Shown here in pieces: positions 1 through 7,176 of a stretch of DNA of 23,105 nt (positions are counted from its first letter, which is position 1; the number at the start of each line of letters is the position of its first letter). Made by a program: the position numbers and the translations under genes. The stretch lies in NCBI GenBank assembly GCA_017513085.1, contig JAFWDK010000021.1, positions 1 through 23,105 on the forward strand. The letters run 5' to 3'. The DNA is from Clostridiales bacterium (GTDB lineage Bacteria; Bacillota; Clostridia; Saccharofermentanales; Saccharofermentanaceae). The notes beneath the pieces are model-generated. The model saw only the letters and a list, made by a program, of their open reading frames with translations, was not told the DNA's origin and searched no databases.

Positions 1-50
1 AAGCTATAGATAAGTATATAGACTATTACAACAACAGAAGAATTCAAGCC

Positions 51-96
51 AAAACAAGATGGATGCCTCCTGCTGTTTACAGGAAGACATCCATCT
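51..96 (-). terminator. Probable intrinsic terminator hairpin (minus-strand orientation favoured)
   Basis: Inverted repeat AGATGGATG (57-65)/CATCCATCT (88-96) plus TCCTG/CAGGA (68-72/80-84). On the minus strand it is followed by TGTTTT. Confidence 0.5.
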
Positions 97-160
97 GTTA
101 AAACAAATTCATTAATCTATGTGTCCAGTTTCCTGGGTACACATCAATCCGGGAACCGCT

Positions 161-301
161 CCTTTTCTTTCGAAATGAAGCCAGTAAATAAGAGCCTGCG
201 ATGGATCCCGATAAGGCGGGCTTTGCGTAAGCAAACTGTTTGAGCCGGGGAGGAATGCCATCGCCGACGCTTGTTGGGGAGTTCTTTCGAAAGGGAAAAG
301 G
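161..301. ncRNA. Unassigned long rod-like structured element (candidate ncRNA or leader)
   Basis: Nested pairings: CCTTTTCTTTCGAAA (161-175) with TTTCGAAAGGGAAAAGG (285-301); GCGATGG (198-204) with CCATCGC (258-264); apical TTTGC-GTAA-GCAAA (222-235). No credible ORF. Confidence 0.4.
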
Positions 302-331
302 TGCTATAATATACACACTATTTTTAGGAGG
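302..331 (+). promoter_or_regulatory. Extended -10 promoter and RBS for the dnaD-like operon
   Basis: TGcTATAAT at 302-310; AGGAGG at 326-331, ending 6 nt before ATG 338. Confidence 0.65.
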
Positions 332-337
332 TCGATC

Positions 338-1642
338 ATGACGACGGAAGATAAGAATAAGCTTCTGCTTTCGGACACGCAAGTTCCGGATCTGTTCATT
401 ACCCAGTATATGTCGTCATTGACCGGCAGCAGCATCCAGATCTACCTGTTGATGCTTCTGAATCAGAAATCCTCCCGTCAGGTTATGACTATCGAGCGTC
501 TTTCCCAGAAGATGGGCATGTCCAGAAAGGAATTGGATGAGCAGATCTTCTATTTAACTTCGGCAGGCCTGGTAGAGTGCGTAGATGATTCCTCGCTTTA
601 TCTGGTGGACATTAAGGCGAAAGAGGTCGACAGATATATTGAAGCGAAGAGTGGAGAGGAACTGGAACTTCCTCCGCAACATACTGATCCGAAACTTGCC
701 AGCTTGTCGAGAAGCATCAGCGATACGTTTTTTATGGGCAGTATGAGCTACATTTGGCAACGCTTTATTGATGATAGTGCCCGTGTCCACAAGATGGAAC
801 CGGATGTGATCTATTACCTTTTCGGAACACTTCAGGAGAAGCGGAAACTATTGGTCAAGAATATCAAGCCGGCAGAGGAACTGCGTGAAAACTGGTGCAA
901 GCGTGGTGTTAAGACTTCTGCTGATCTGGAGAAGGTTCTTCAGGAAGAAAAAGATATACAGGATTGTATTTCCGCTATGGGAAAGAGGACACGCAAGAGC
1001 CTTGATGGTGTTGCGATCGACTATATAACGACCTGGATCATGAAATATAAGATGCAGCCGGATGTTCCGCCGTATCTTTATACATTCCTTCGTAAGGAGA
1101 AGAACCGAGAGAAGGTAACTTTCCCGGATATGGATGAGATCCTGCAAGAGTGGTTCGCGCATAATATCCACACCGTGGACGAAGCAAGAGCTTTTGAATT
1201 AGAGAAAAAAGCCGCGGACAGGACCTCTGCCATGACAGAATTCTGCGGAGAGCTTTTCAGAAAAAAACTCGATGGCATGGACCTTGCTATTATTTCGAAA
1301 TGGGCGACGGAGGACCTTTGGGAGGAGCCGATCGTTCGATATGCGTATGAGGTGCTGCATAAATATATGACCACGATCACGCTTCAGAATGTGGATGACC
1401 GTCTTCGTCTATGGAAAGAAAACGGGGTTGCTTCGGTGAGCAAAGCCCGGCAGTATGAGGCGGAGTGCAAGAAGAAGAATAAAGAGACGTATCAGCAACG
1501 GCATGCTGCAGGCACATCTTCCGGCGTTTTGGATCTTCCGTATATGCAGAATGAGTATACGAAGGAACAGATCGACGGATTGGAAAGCGATCCGATGCAG
1601 GATCTTGAGGATCTTCTGAGAAATGAGGGTAGAGAAGAATGA
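338..1642 (+). CDS. DnaD/DnaB-domain replication (primosome) protein
   Basis: N-terminal winged-helix-like segment (VPDLFITQYM...IYLLML...LSQKMGMS) and repeated DnaB_2-like units ending in 'W...G/N-v-t' (ENWCKRGVKT, QEWFAHNIHT, RLWKENGVAS). Strong RBS; 4-bp overlap with the DnaC-like gene. Confidence 0.8.
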   Translation: MTTEDKNKLLLSDTQVPDLFITQYMSSLTGSSIQIYLLMLLNQKSSRQVMTIERLSQKMGMSRKELDEQIFYLTSAGLVECVDDSSLYLVDIKAKEVDRYIEAKSGEELELPPQHTDPKLASLSRSISDTFFMGSMSYIWQRFIDDSARVHKMEPDVIYYLFGTLQEKRKLLVKNIKPAEELRENWCKRGVKTSADLEKVLQEEKDIQDCISAMGKRTRKSLDGVAIDYITTWIMKYKMQPDVPPYLYTFLRKEKNREKVTFPDMDEILQEWFAHNIHTVDEARAFELEKKAADRTSAMTEFCGELFRKKLDGMDLAIISKWATEDLWEEPIVRYAYEVLHKYMTTITLQNVDDRLRLWKENGVASVSKARQYEAECKKKNKETYQQRHAAGTSSGVLDLPYMQNEYTKEQIDGLESDPMQDLEDLLRNEGREE

Positions 1643-2601
1643 GCATGAGCGAAATTTTTGAAGAAGCGAACTTTACCCTTGAAAATAGAAGGATCGATAG
1701 TGAAGTTCGTCTGCAGGAACATATTGACGAGATCAATCGGAAGTTCCCGGAGCTGGCATCGATAGATAAAGAGATCTCTGATCTTACCCAGCAGCAGCTC
1801 CTGAAGTCATTAAACGGTGAGAATGTGACCGATATTCCGGATCGTATCGAGGTTTTGGAAGAAAAGAGAGCGGAACTTCGAATGAAGTATGGGCTGTGTG
1901 ATTCGGATTTCCGTCCGCAGCCGTATTGCTCTGTTTGCGGAGATACAGGCATGGTCGAAGTGAATGAAGACGGGAAGACCATCCGTCGTCCGTGTTCCTG
2001 CATCTGTGAGATCCTTGCGCCGACGCTGCTTTCGCTGGGGGGCATCAGTAAGTATCCGGATATGTCATTTGAGAAAGGCGCAACTTCTTTCTTTGCCAAG
2101 AATCCGGCGGGAGAAAAAGTATATTCTGCCGTCAAAATATTGGCTGAGCGCTTCAAGATCCCGGATATGGTGCTTTTCGGGACTTCCGGACAGGGAAAGA
2201 CTTTTGCTGCGGTAAGTGCCGCCCGCTATTATGCTGAGCATGGCATTCCGTCCATGGTGATACGCCTTTCCGATGCGCAGGAATTGATGATGGAATACAG
2301 AAAGATCGTGCAGGCATTTTATACGGTGCCGGATAAAGAGAAGAGAGTCACGGCGCTTCGTGATCTTATCGTGGATGCGGAATTGCTGGTACTTGATGAT
2401 CTGGGTGTAGAGGTGAAGACGCCGAATAGTGAGGCAGATCTGCTCTATATCCTGGATTCCCGGGCGCAACTGGGGAAAAAGACGATCATTACGACGAATT
2501 ACGATCTTTCCACTTTGCGTGAGCGTTATGGCGCGCGCATTTATGAACGGATCAAGCGGAGCTACAAGTGTTATTCGTTGTCTCCGAAGAATGCGGGTTA
2601 A
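1639..2601 (+). CDS. DnaC/DnaI/IstB-family helicase-loader ATPase
   Basis: Zn motif CSVCGDTG...CSC, Walker A GTSGQGKT, Walker B LLVLDDLG, TIITTN, YGARIYER. Confidence 0.85.
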   Translation: MSMSEIFEEANFTLENRRIDSEVRLQEHIDEINRKFPELASIDKEISDLTQQQLLKSLNGENVTDIPDRIEVLEEKRAELRMKYGLCDSDFRPQPYCSVCGDTGMVEVNEDGKTIRRPCSCICEILAPTLLSLGGISKYPDMSFEKGATSFFAKNPAGEKVYSAVKILAERFKIPDMVLFGTSGQGKTFAAVSAARYYAEHGIPSMVIRLSDAQELMMEYRKIVQAFYTVPDKEKRVTALRDLIVDAELLVLDDLGVEVKTPNSEADLLYILDSRAQLGKKTIITTNYDLSTLRERYGARIYERIKRSYKCYSLSPKNAG

Positions 2602-2604
2602 ACG

Positions 2605-2997
2605 ATGGTAGGAAGTGGAATTGATATTGTCGCTATCGGGCGCATAGAGGAATCTATCGGAAGATCAGGCAGATCTTTTCTTCAACGTGTCTATACGGAC
2701 AAGGAGATCGAGTACTGTGAAAGCCGAAAAGTCAATGCCATGCAGAGTTTTGCCGGCCGCTTTGCTGCCAAGGAAGCTGTGTCAAAAGCACTTGGAACGG
2801 GGATCGGTACCAGAGGTGTTTCTTTTCAGGATATGGAGATCCTGGCGGATCCTTACGGAATGCCGTGTGTCTCTTTGACCGGGCAGGCGGCGAAAGTGTA
2901 CGAAGAAAAGAAAGGGCGTTCGATATCCGTGTCGATCTCCCATGACGGTGGATTTGCCGTGGCAGTCTGCCATATAGAATATGAAGATGAAAGGTGA
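2605..2997 (+). CDS. acpS: Holo-[acyl-carrier-protein] synthase
   Basis: GIDIV, FAGRFAAKEAVSKALGTG and VSISHD motifs; 130 aa. Confidence 0.95.
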   Translation: MVGSGIDIVAIGRIEESIGRSGRSFLQRVYTDKEIEYCESRKVNAMQSFAGRFAAKEAVSKALGTGIGTRGVSFQDMEILADPYGMPCVSLTGQAAKVYEEKKGRSISVSISHDGGFAVAVCHIEYEDER

Positions 2998-3000
2998 AGA

Positions 3001-4203
3001 ATGAAGCAGGATTCCCGGTTATTCAAGCAGATCAAATTGAAGTTTGAGAAGCTTTTCCAGAAGAAGAGAAAGGACGACGGCGTCTCGATCTCCAAGGGAA
3101 GTTCTTTTTCTGAACCCGAAGGCTCCTTCGGTAAGGCAGAGGATCTGGCAAATGTCTGGTCCTTGGACAGTTCAGACTCCAATGTTTCTGAGTATAAGGT
3201 GAAGAGATGGCCGAAGATCGTGATCGCTGCCAGTGTTTTCGCAACGATCATGCTGGTGGTTTTCCTTCTGTTGCCGAAGATCCTGCCGGGCTTTTTCAAA
3301 AACACGGATATTGCGCTGTTTGTGGAAGTGGATCCGGTATATATTTACGACGACACCTATCGCGTCGTGACCTCGTATTGTACAAGCTTAATGGAAAAGG
3401 ACGATGTGACCAGTCACAGGATCACACAACTTCTGATGAATGAGCCGGTGCATTATTTGACTGATGACTGCAAAAACGGTTACGTGCTGGTCCGGACCAT
3501 GGATAACTTTGTCGGATATGTTAAAGCAGAGGATCTCAGCGCGGATATGACATCCTGTGAACCGGATCTGCATCTTTTTAAATTGGTTATAGCGGATGGA
3601 TCCAAGCGTGTAATGTCCCATGCAAGTAACGGAACACTGATCGCAGAGGTCATGATGAATACCGTGCTTTACGCCGACGTAAAGAGAGACGGTGTGTATC
3701 AGGTGTGCCTGCCGAACGGAGAGACCGGCTGGATCAGTTCGAACGGTGTAGTGGAACTCGGTCTTACGGAGAAGACGGAAAAGGTCGGTGTGCGTTATTT
3801 CGTCAGCTCGATCCTTACGATGGTGAATTCTACCTATCTCGAGGGCGGGCTTACTGAGAGAGGCATCTCTATGGAAGGTCTGGCCTTTGTTTCCGCTGCG
3901 GTAAATGGTATAGATATTCCGAGAGATATGGAAGGTCAGATGAATAGCGGGGAACCTGTCCAACTCCAGTATGATGCCGTGACCGGCGAACTTCTTCTGG
4001 ACAGTATTATTCCAGGTGATCTGGTATTCCTGTCGGATCCGTATCATCCGGAGAGCAAGCGAGTCTATGAAGTGGGTGTATGCACGGATACCGGTGTGAT
4101 CCTTATGAGATCCGACAGCGGGACATCCGTAAAGCTCCGTTCTTTTACGGCGAATTCAGACATCGTCAAGAGGATCATTGCCGTTCGAAGAGTATTCTCC
4201 TGA
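3001..4203 (+). CDS. Membrane-anchored SH3 + NlpC/P60-like protein, catalytic residues apparently degenerate
   Basis: TM segment (IVIAASVFATIMLVVFLLL); SH3-like segments (TQLLMNEPV...NFVGYV, YQVCLPNGETGWI); C40-like Y-x-x-GG...IPRD...Q...PGDLVF. Confidence 0.7.
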   Translation: MKQDSRLFKQIKLKFEKLFQKKRKDDGVSISKGSSFSEPEGSFGKAEDLANVWSLDSSDSNVSEYKVKRWPKIVIAASVFATIMLVVFLLLPKILPGFFKNTDIALFVEVDPVYIYDDTYRVVTSYCTSLMEKDDVTSHRITQLLMNEPVHYLTDDCKNGYVLVRTMDNFVGYVKAEDLSADMTSCEPDLHLFKLVIADGSKRVMSHASNGTLIAEVMMNTVLYADVKRDGVYQVCLPNGETGWISSNGVVELGLTEKTEKVGVRYFVSSILTMVNSTYLEGGLTERGISMEGLAFVSAAVNGIDIPRDMEGQMNSGEPVQLQYDAVTGELLLDSIIPGDLVFLSDPYHPESKRVYEVGVCTDTGVILMRSDSGTSVKLRSFTANSDIVKRIIAVRRVFS

Positions 4204-5412
4204 TCACTTTTTTCTGCTGAGATAGTATTCGTGCTTCAGACTTTTAAAGCCCATGCGCTTGATATCTTCATATGTGATTCTGTAATTGCCTTTATAGTGG
4301 CGTCCTTGGTATAGATAGCGGACGTATTCGATTAGATAGGCATCCAGGTCCGAAAGGCTTTTATCTGTGGTGATCACGGGGAAAAACCAACGGCTCCAGG
4401 TAAAGCAGTCTTCGTTTTTTTCGTTATAGAATTTTCGGTTGAAAGTCCGTATCAGAGCACGTCCTGCACGGGAGTAGTCCGCATCATTCTTTGTCTTCCA
4501 GCGAAGGAGAGCCTTGGCCTTCCGGCGGATCTTCCCTTTGAGTTTGGCTTTGGTCACGGATGATATATCCACCTGGCCGTCTTTGTAGCAAAATCCGAGA
4601 AATTCCCATGGTTCGGAAGGCGCGGAGATGGAGATCTTACTTGGATTTACGGAGAGTCCTTTTGCAGAGACCATAGCCATAAAATCGGATATGTGAGCAT
4701 CCAGATCCTCTTTCGTCCTTGCGAAGATCAGGATGTCATCGGAATAGCGGAAATAGGAAACTCCTTTGTTTTCGAAAAAACGATCCATAGACAGAAGGTA
4801 CACGTTGGCGAAAAACGGAGAGACGGGAATGCCGGCCATAGCGCCACGGTGTTCGGTGATGATGCTTCCGTCTTCCAGACGGCTTTCGTTTTGCAGCAGA
4901 AGCGTTTTCAGAAACCACATCAAAGACGGGTCGTCGTCGACGATCTCCTGAAGTACGGATACAAGAGATTCTTCCGGAATCGAATTAAAATAATTCGAAA
5001 TGTCTGCTTTGAAGCAGTAGAGGGAATCCCGGTCCTTCTGGCTGAGGATCGCAAAAATGGCATCTCTCGCTGAGCAGGATCTCCGAAAGGAAAAGCACTT
5101 GGGCGAAAGCTTCTCGTCGTAACGATAGAGTAGATATCCCAGACATTTCAAGAACAGATTCTCGTCATCCGAGAAAGTATAAATTACGCGTTTTTTCGAG
5201 GTGCCGCTCTTGTTTACCGTCCTTTTCATAGGAGGAAAAAAGCAATAGTTTCCACGGCATAGTGCCTCGGCGATAGGTAAATAACGCTTCTCGCCAACAT
5301 ACGAAGAGAGTGCATCCCGTTCCCGTTTGGAAACGTAATGACCATCCAGTTTATATTTGAGAAAATTCTGCCAGGTCGTTTCAAGCAAGAGTTGTTCCAG
5401 AATCGGCGGCAT
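4204..5412 (-). CDS. Stand-alone RNA-directed DNA polymerase (group II-like reverse transcriptase)
   Basis: RT motifs: NKSGTSKKRVI, CFSFRR, KADISNYFNSI, GAMAGIPVSPFFANVYL, YFRYSDDILIF (YSDD at 4735-4746), LSVNPSK, EFLGF. Thumb/X-like C-terminus (WSRWF...LSDLDAYL). No endonuclease domain. Confidence 0.92.
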   Translation of the reverse strand: MPPILEQLLLETTWQNFLKYKLDGHYVSKRERDALSSYVGEKRYLPIAEALCRGNYCFFPPMKRTVNKSGTSKKRVIYTFSDDENLFLKCLGYLLYRYDEKLSPKCFSFRRSCSARDAIFAILSQKDRDSLYCFKADISNYFNSIPEESLVSVLQEIVDDDPSLMWFLKTLLLQNESRLEDGSIITEHRGAMAGIPVSPFFANVYLLSMDRFFENKGVSYFRYSDDILIFARTKEDLDAHISDFMAMVSAKGLSVNPSKISISAPSEPWEFLGFCYKDGQVDISSVTKAKLKGKIRRKAKALLRWKTKNDADYSRAGRALIRTFNRKFYNEKNEDCFTWSRWFFPVITTDKSLSDLDAYLIEYVRYLYQGRHYKGNYRITYEDIKRMGFKSLKHEYYLSRKK

Positions 5413-5439
5413 GCGTTATTCCAAGTTCCTTCCTTCCAA

Positions 5440-5647
5440 AATAAAAAGAAGAGAAACAGCTTTGAAACAAGCATGCTTGTTTTACCGGATCTGAACCCGT
5501 ACCGGTTACCTGCAAAACCGGGAAATTCCCTAAAGATACAGGCTTGATCCATCGCAGGTGCGATCACCGCATTTCTCTTCTTTATATATCGCACATCAGA
5601 TGTACTGATGGAGACGATCTGTAATATAACTTTCCTCTAATCTGATT
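5440..5647 (-). ncRNA. Putative RT-associated structured non-coding RNA
   Basis: 12-bp perfect inverted repeat 5445-5456/5572-5583 enclosing hairpins at 5465-5482, 5484-5506, 5509-5542 and 5551-5564; a further 5' hairpin at 5582-5629. Lies between a predicted promoter and the RT start codon. Confidence 0.65.
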
Positions 5648-5653
5648 ATCTTG

Positions 5654-5682
5654 AGAATACCATAAAAAGCAGTGTTTATCCA
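5654..5682 (-). promoter_or_regulatory. Predicted sigma-A promoter for the ncRNA-RT unit
   Basis: Minus strand TGGATA-17 nt-TATTCT with extended TG (TGgTATTCT), just downstream of the trkH stop. Predicted start about 5647. Confidence 0.5.
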
Positions 5683-5691
5683 CAATGAGAA

Positions 5692-7164
5692 TCATTTGTC
5701 CATATGAACGTTTTTGGCAATCAATGGTTTTCTGAAATAGAGCTTCGGATGGAAAAGGATCAGAAGCGGGAACAACTCTAAACGACCGGCCAGCATATCG
5801 AAGATAAGAACGACCTTGGACAGGTCGGAAAAGTGCGAATAATTCTGTGTGGATCCGACAAGCTCGAGACCCGGACCGATGTTGTTGATCGTAGCTGCTA
5901 CGGCGGTAAAAGAAGTGATCAGACCTTTGTTGTCGATAGAAACGAGAAGAAAGGAGGCAGTAAACAGGATCAGAAATGTGATGATATAGACATTCACCGA
6001 GCGCGTGACCTCGTGCTCGACAGGATTTCCATCGATGCTGATCTTTGAGACGGATTTCGGATATACATAAGACTTGAGTTCACGACCAAGGGATTTGATC
6101 AGGATTATGAAGCGGGAGACCTTGATACCACCACCTGTACTTCCGGCACAAGCGCCGATGAACATGAGAGTGACAAGGATCGCCTTACTGGTCTCCGGCC
6201 AAAGGTCAAAGTTCATGGAAGCAAAGCCGGTCGTCGTGATGATCGACGCGACCTGAAAACTGGAGTGACGGAGGGCAGCCCAGAAACTCCCGACCTGATA
6301 AAGAATGTTTGTCGTGATGATCGCAATCGATGCCAGAATAATCAGAAGGTACACACGTACTTCGCTCATTCGGAATGCTTTTTTGATGTGACGGTAAAGA
6401 AGATAAAAGTAGAAATTAAAGTTGATGCCGAAGAGGATCATGAAAATGGTCACGACCCACTGGATATATGCGCTCTGGCTGACCATGCTGTCGTTTTTGA
6501 CACCGAATCCGCCTGTGCCTGCCGTGGCAAAAGAACTGCATATACTATTAAACAGGGACATTTTGCCGAGGACGAGAAGAAGTGTCTCCATTGCAGTCAG
6601 CGTAAAGTAGATCAGGTAGAGAAGCCGGGCGGTCTGGCGCATCTTGGGAACGAGTTTCCCGACAGATGGTCCGGGGCTCTCAGCACGCATGAGATTGATA
6701 TTTGAACCGCCACTCATAGGAATTACGGCCAAAAGAAAAACGAGAACACCCATTCCGCCCAGCCAGTGAGTAAAACACCGCCAGAATTGGGAGGCGTGAG
6801 AAAGGATCTCGACATTGGGCATAATGCTGGCACCGGTGGTCGTGAAACCGGAGACCGTTTCAAAGAATGCGTCAAGAAGCCCCGGTATTTCGCCACTGAT
6901 ATAGAAAGGAAGTGCGCCGACTAAACTCATAACGATCCAGGAAAACGCGGTGATCACACAGCCTTCTTTCAGGTGAATAGTGGCGCTTTTGGGTTTCTTC
7001 ATAGAAAAAAGAGTTCCGAGAAGAAAAGTACAAATGCCGAGTATAGCGAAAATGATTCCGTTATCTTCTTGATACAAGAGTCCGATAAAAGCAGGAAGAA
7101 GCATGAAGGCACCCTCGATCTGAAGGACATGACCCAGTGTGGAGATGATCATGGGATAATTCAT
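5692..7164 (-). CDS. trkH: Trk potassium uptake membrane protein
   Basis: FFETVSGFTTTG, WLGGMG, ATAGTGGF, TTTGF, GSTGGGIK, NNIGPG and MLAGRLE signatures; polytopic membrane protein. Confidence 0.95.
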   Translation of the reverse strand: MNYPMIISTLGHVLQIEGAFMLLPAFIGLLYQEDNGIIFAILGICTFLLGTLFSMKKPKSATIHLKEGCVITAFSWIVMSLVGALPFYISGEIPGLLDAFFETVSGFTTTGASIMPNVEILSHASQFWRCFTHWLGGMGVLVFLLAVIPMSGGSNINLMRAESPGPSVGKLVPKMRQTARLLYLIYFTLTAMETLLLVLGKMSLFNSICSSFATAGTGGFGVKNDSMVSQSAYIQWVVTIFMILFGINFNFYFYLLYRHIKKAFRMSEVRVYLLIILASIAIITTNILYQVGSFWAALRHSSFQVASIITTTGFASMNFDLWPETSKAILVTLMFIGACAGSTGGGIKVSRFIILIKSLGRELKSYVYPKSVSKISIDGNPVEHEVTRSVNVYIITFLILFTASFLLVSIDNKGLITSFTAVAATINNIGPGLELVGSTQNYSHFSDLSKVVLIFDMLAGRLELFPLLILFHPKLYFRKPLIAKNVHMDK

Positions 7165-7176
7165 GTCTGTTGCTCC

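Noticed and set aside
200-250. c-di-GMP-I riboswitch (ACGCAAAGCC on the minus strand); also a T-box-like GGGAACCGC at 151-159
   Set aside because: Only short fragments match; the required flanking stems and motifs are absent.
98-382. 94-aa minus-strand ORF
   Set aside because: Overlaps the dnaD start and promoter; no RBS or domain.
338-2601. Prophage replication module or IS21 istAB
   Set aside because: No transposase, integrase or phage genes nearby; the pair is coupled to acpS and fits the chromosomal clostridial dnaD/dnaC arrangement.
5226-5594. 122-aa minus-strand ORF overlapping the RT start
   Set aside because: Overlaps the RT out of frame, has no clear RBS or recognisable domain; the region is better explained as structured RNA.
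4204-5690. Group II intron
   Set aside because: No space or sequence for domains V/VI after the RT stop, no recognisable intron 5' region, no interrupted host gene.
4204-5690. Diversity-generating retroelement or classical retron
   Set aside because: No TR/VR repeat pair or avd gene seen; RT lacks DGR and retron (NAxxH, VTG) signatures; no long msd-like hairpin.
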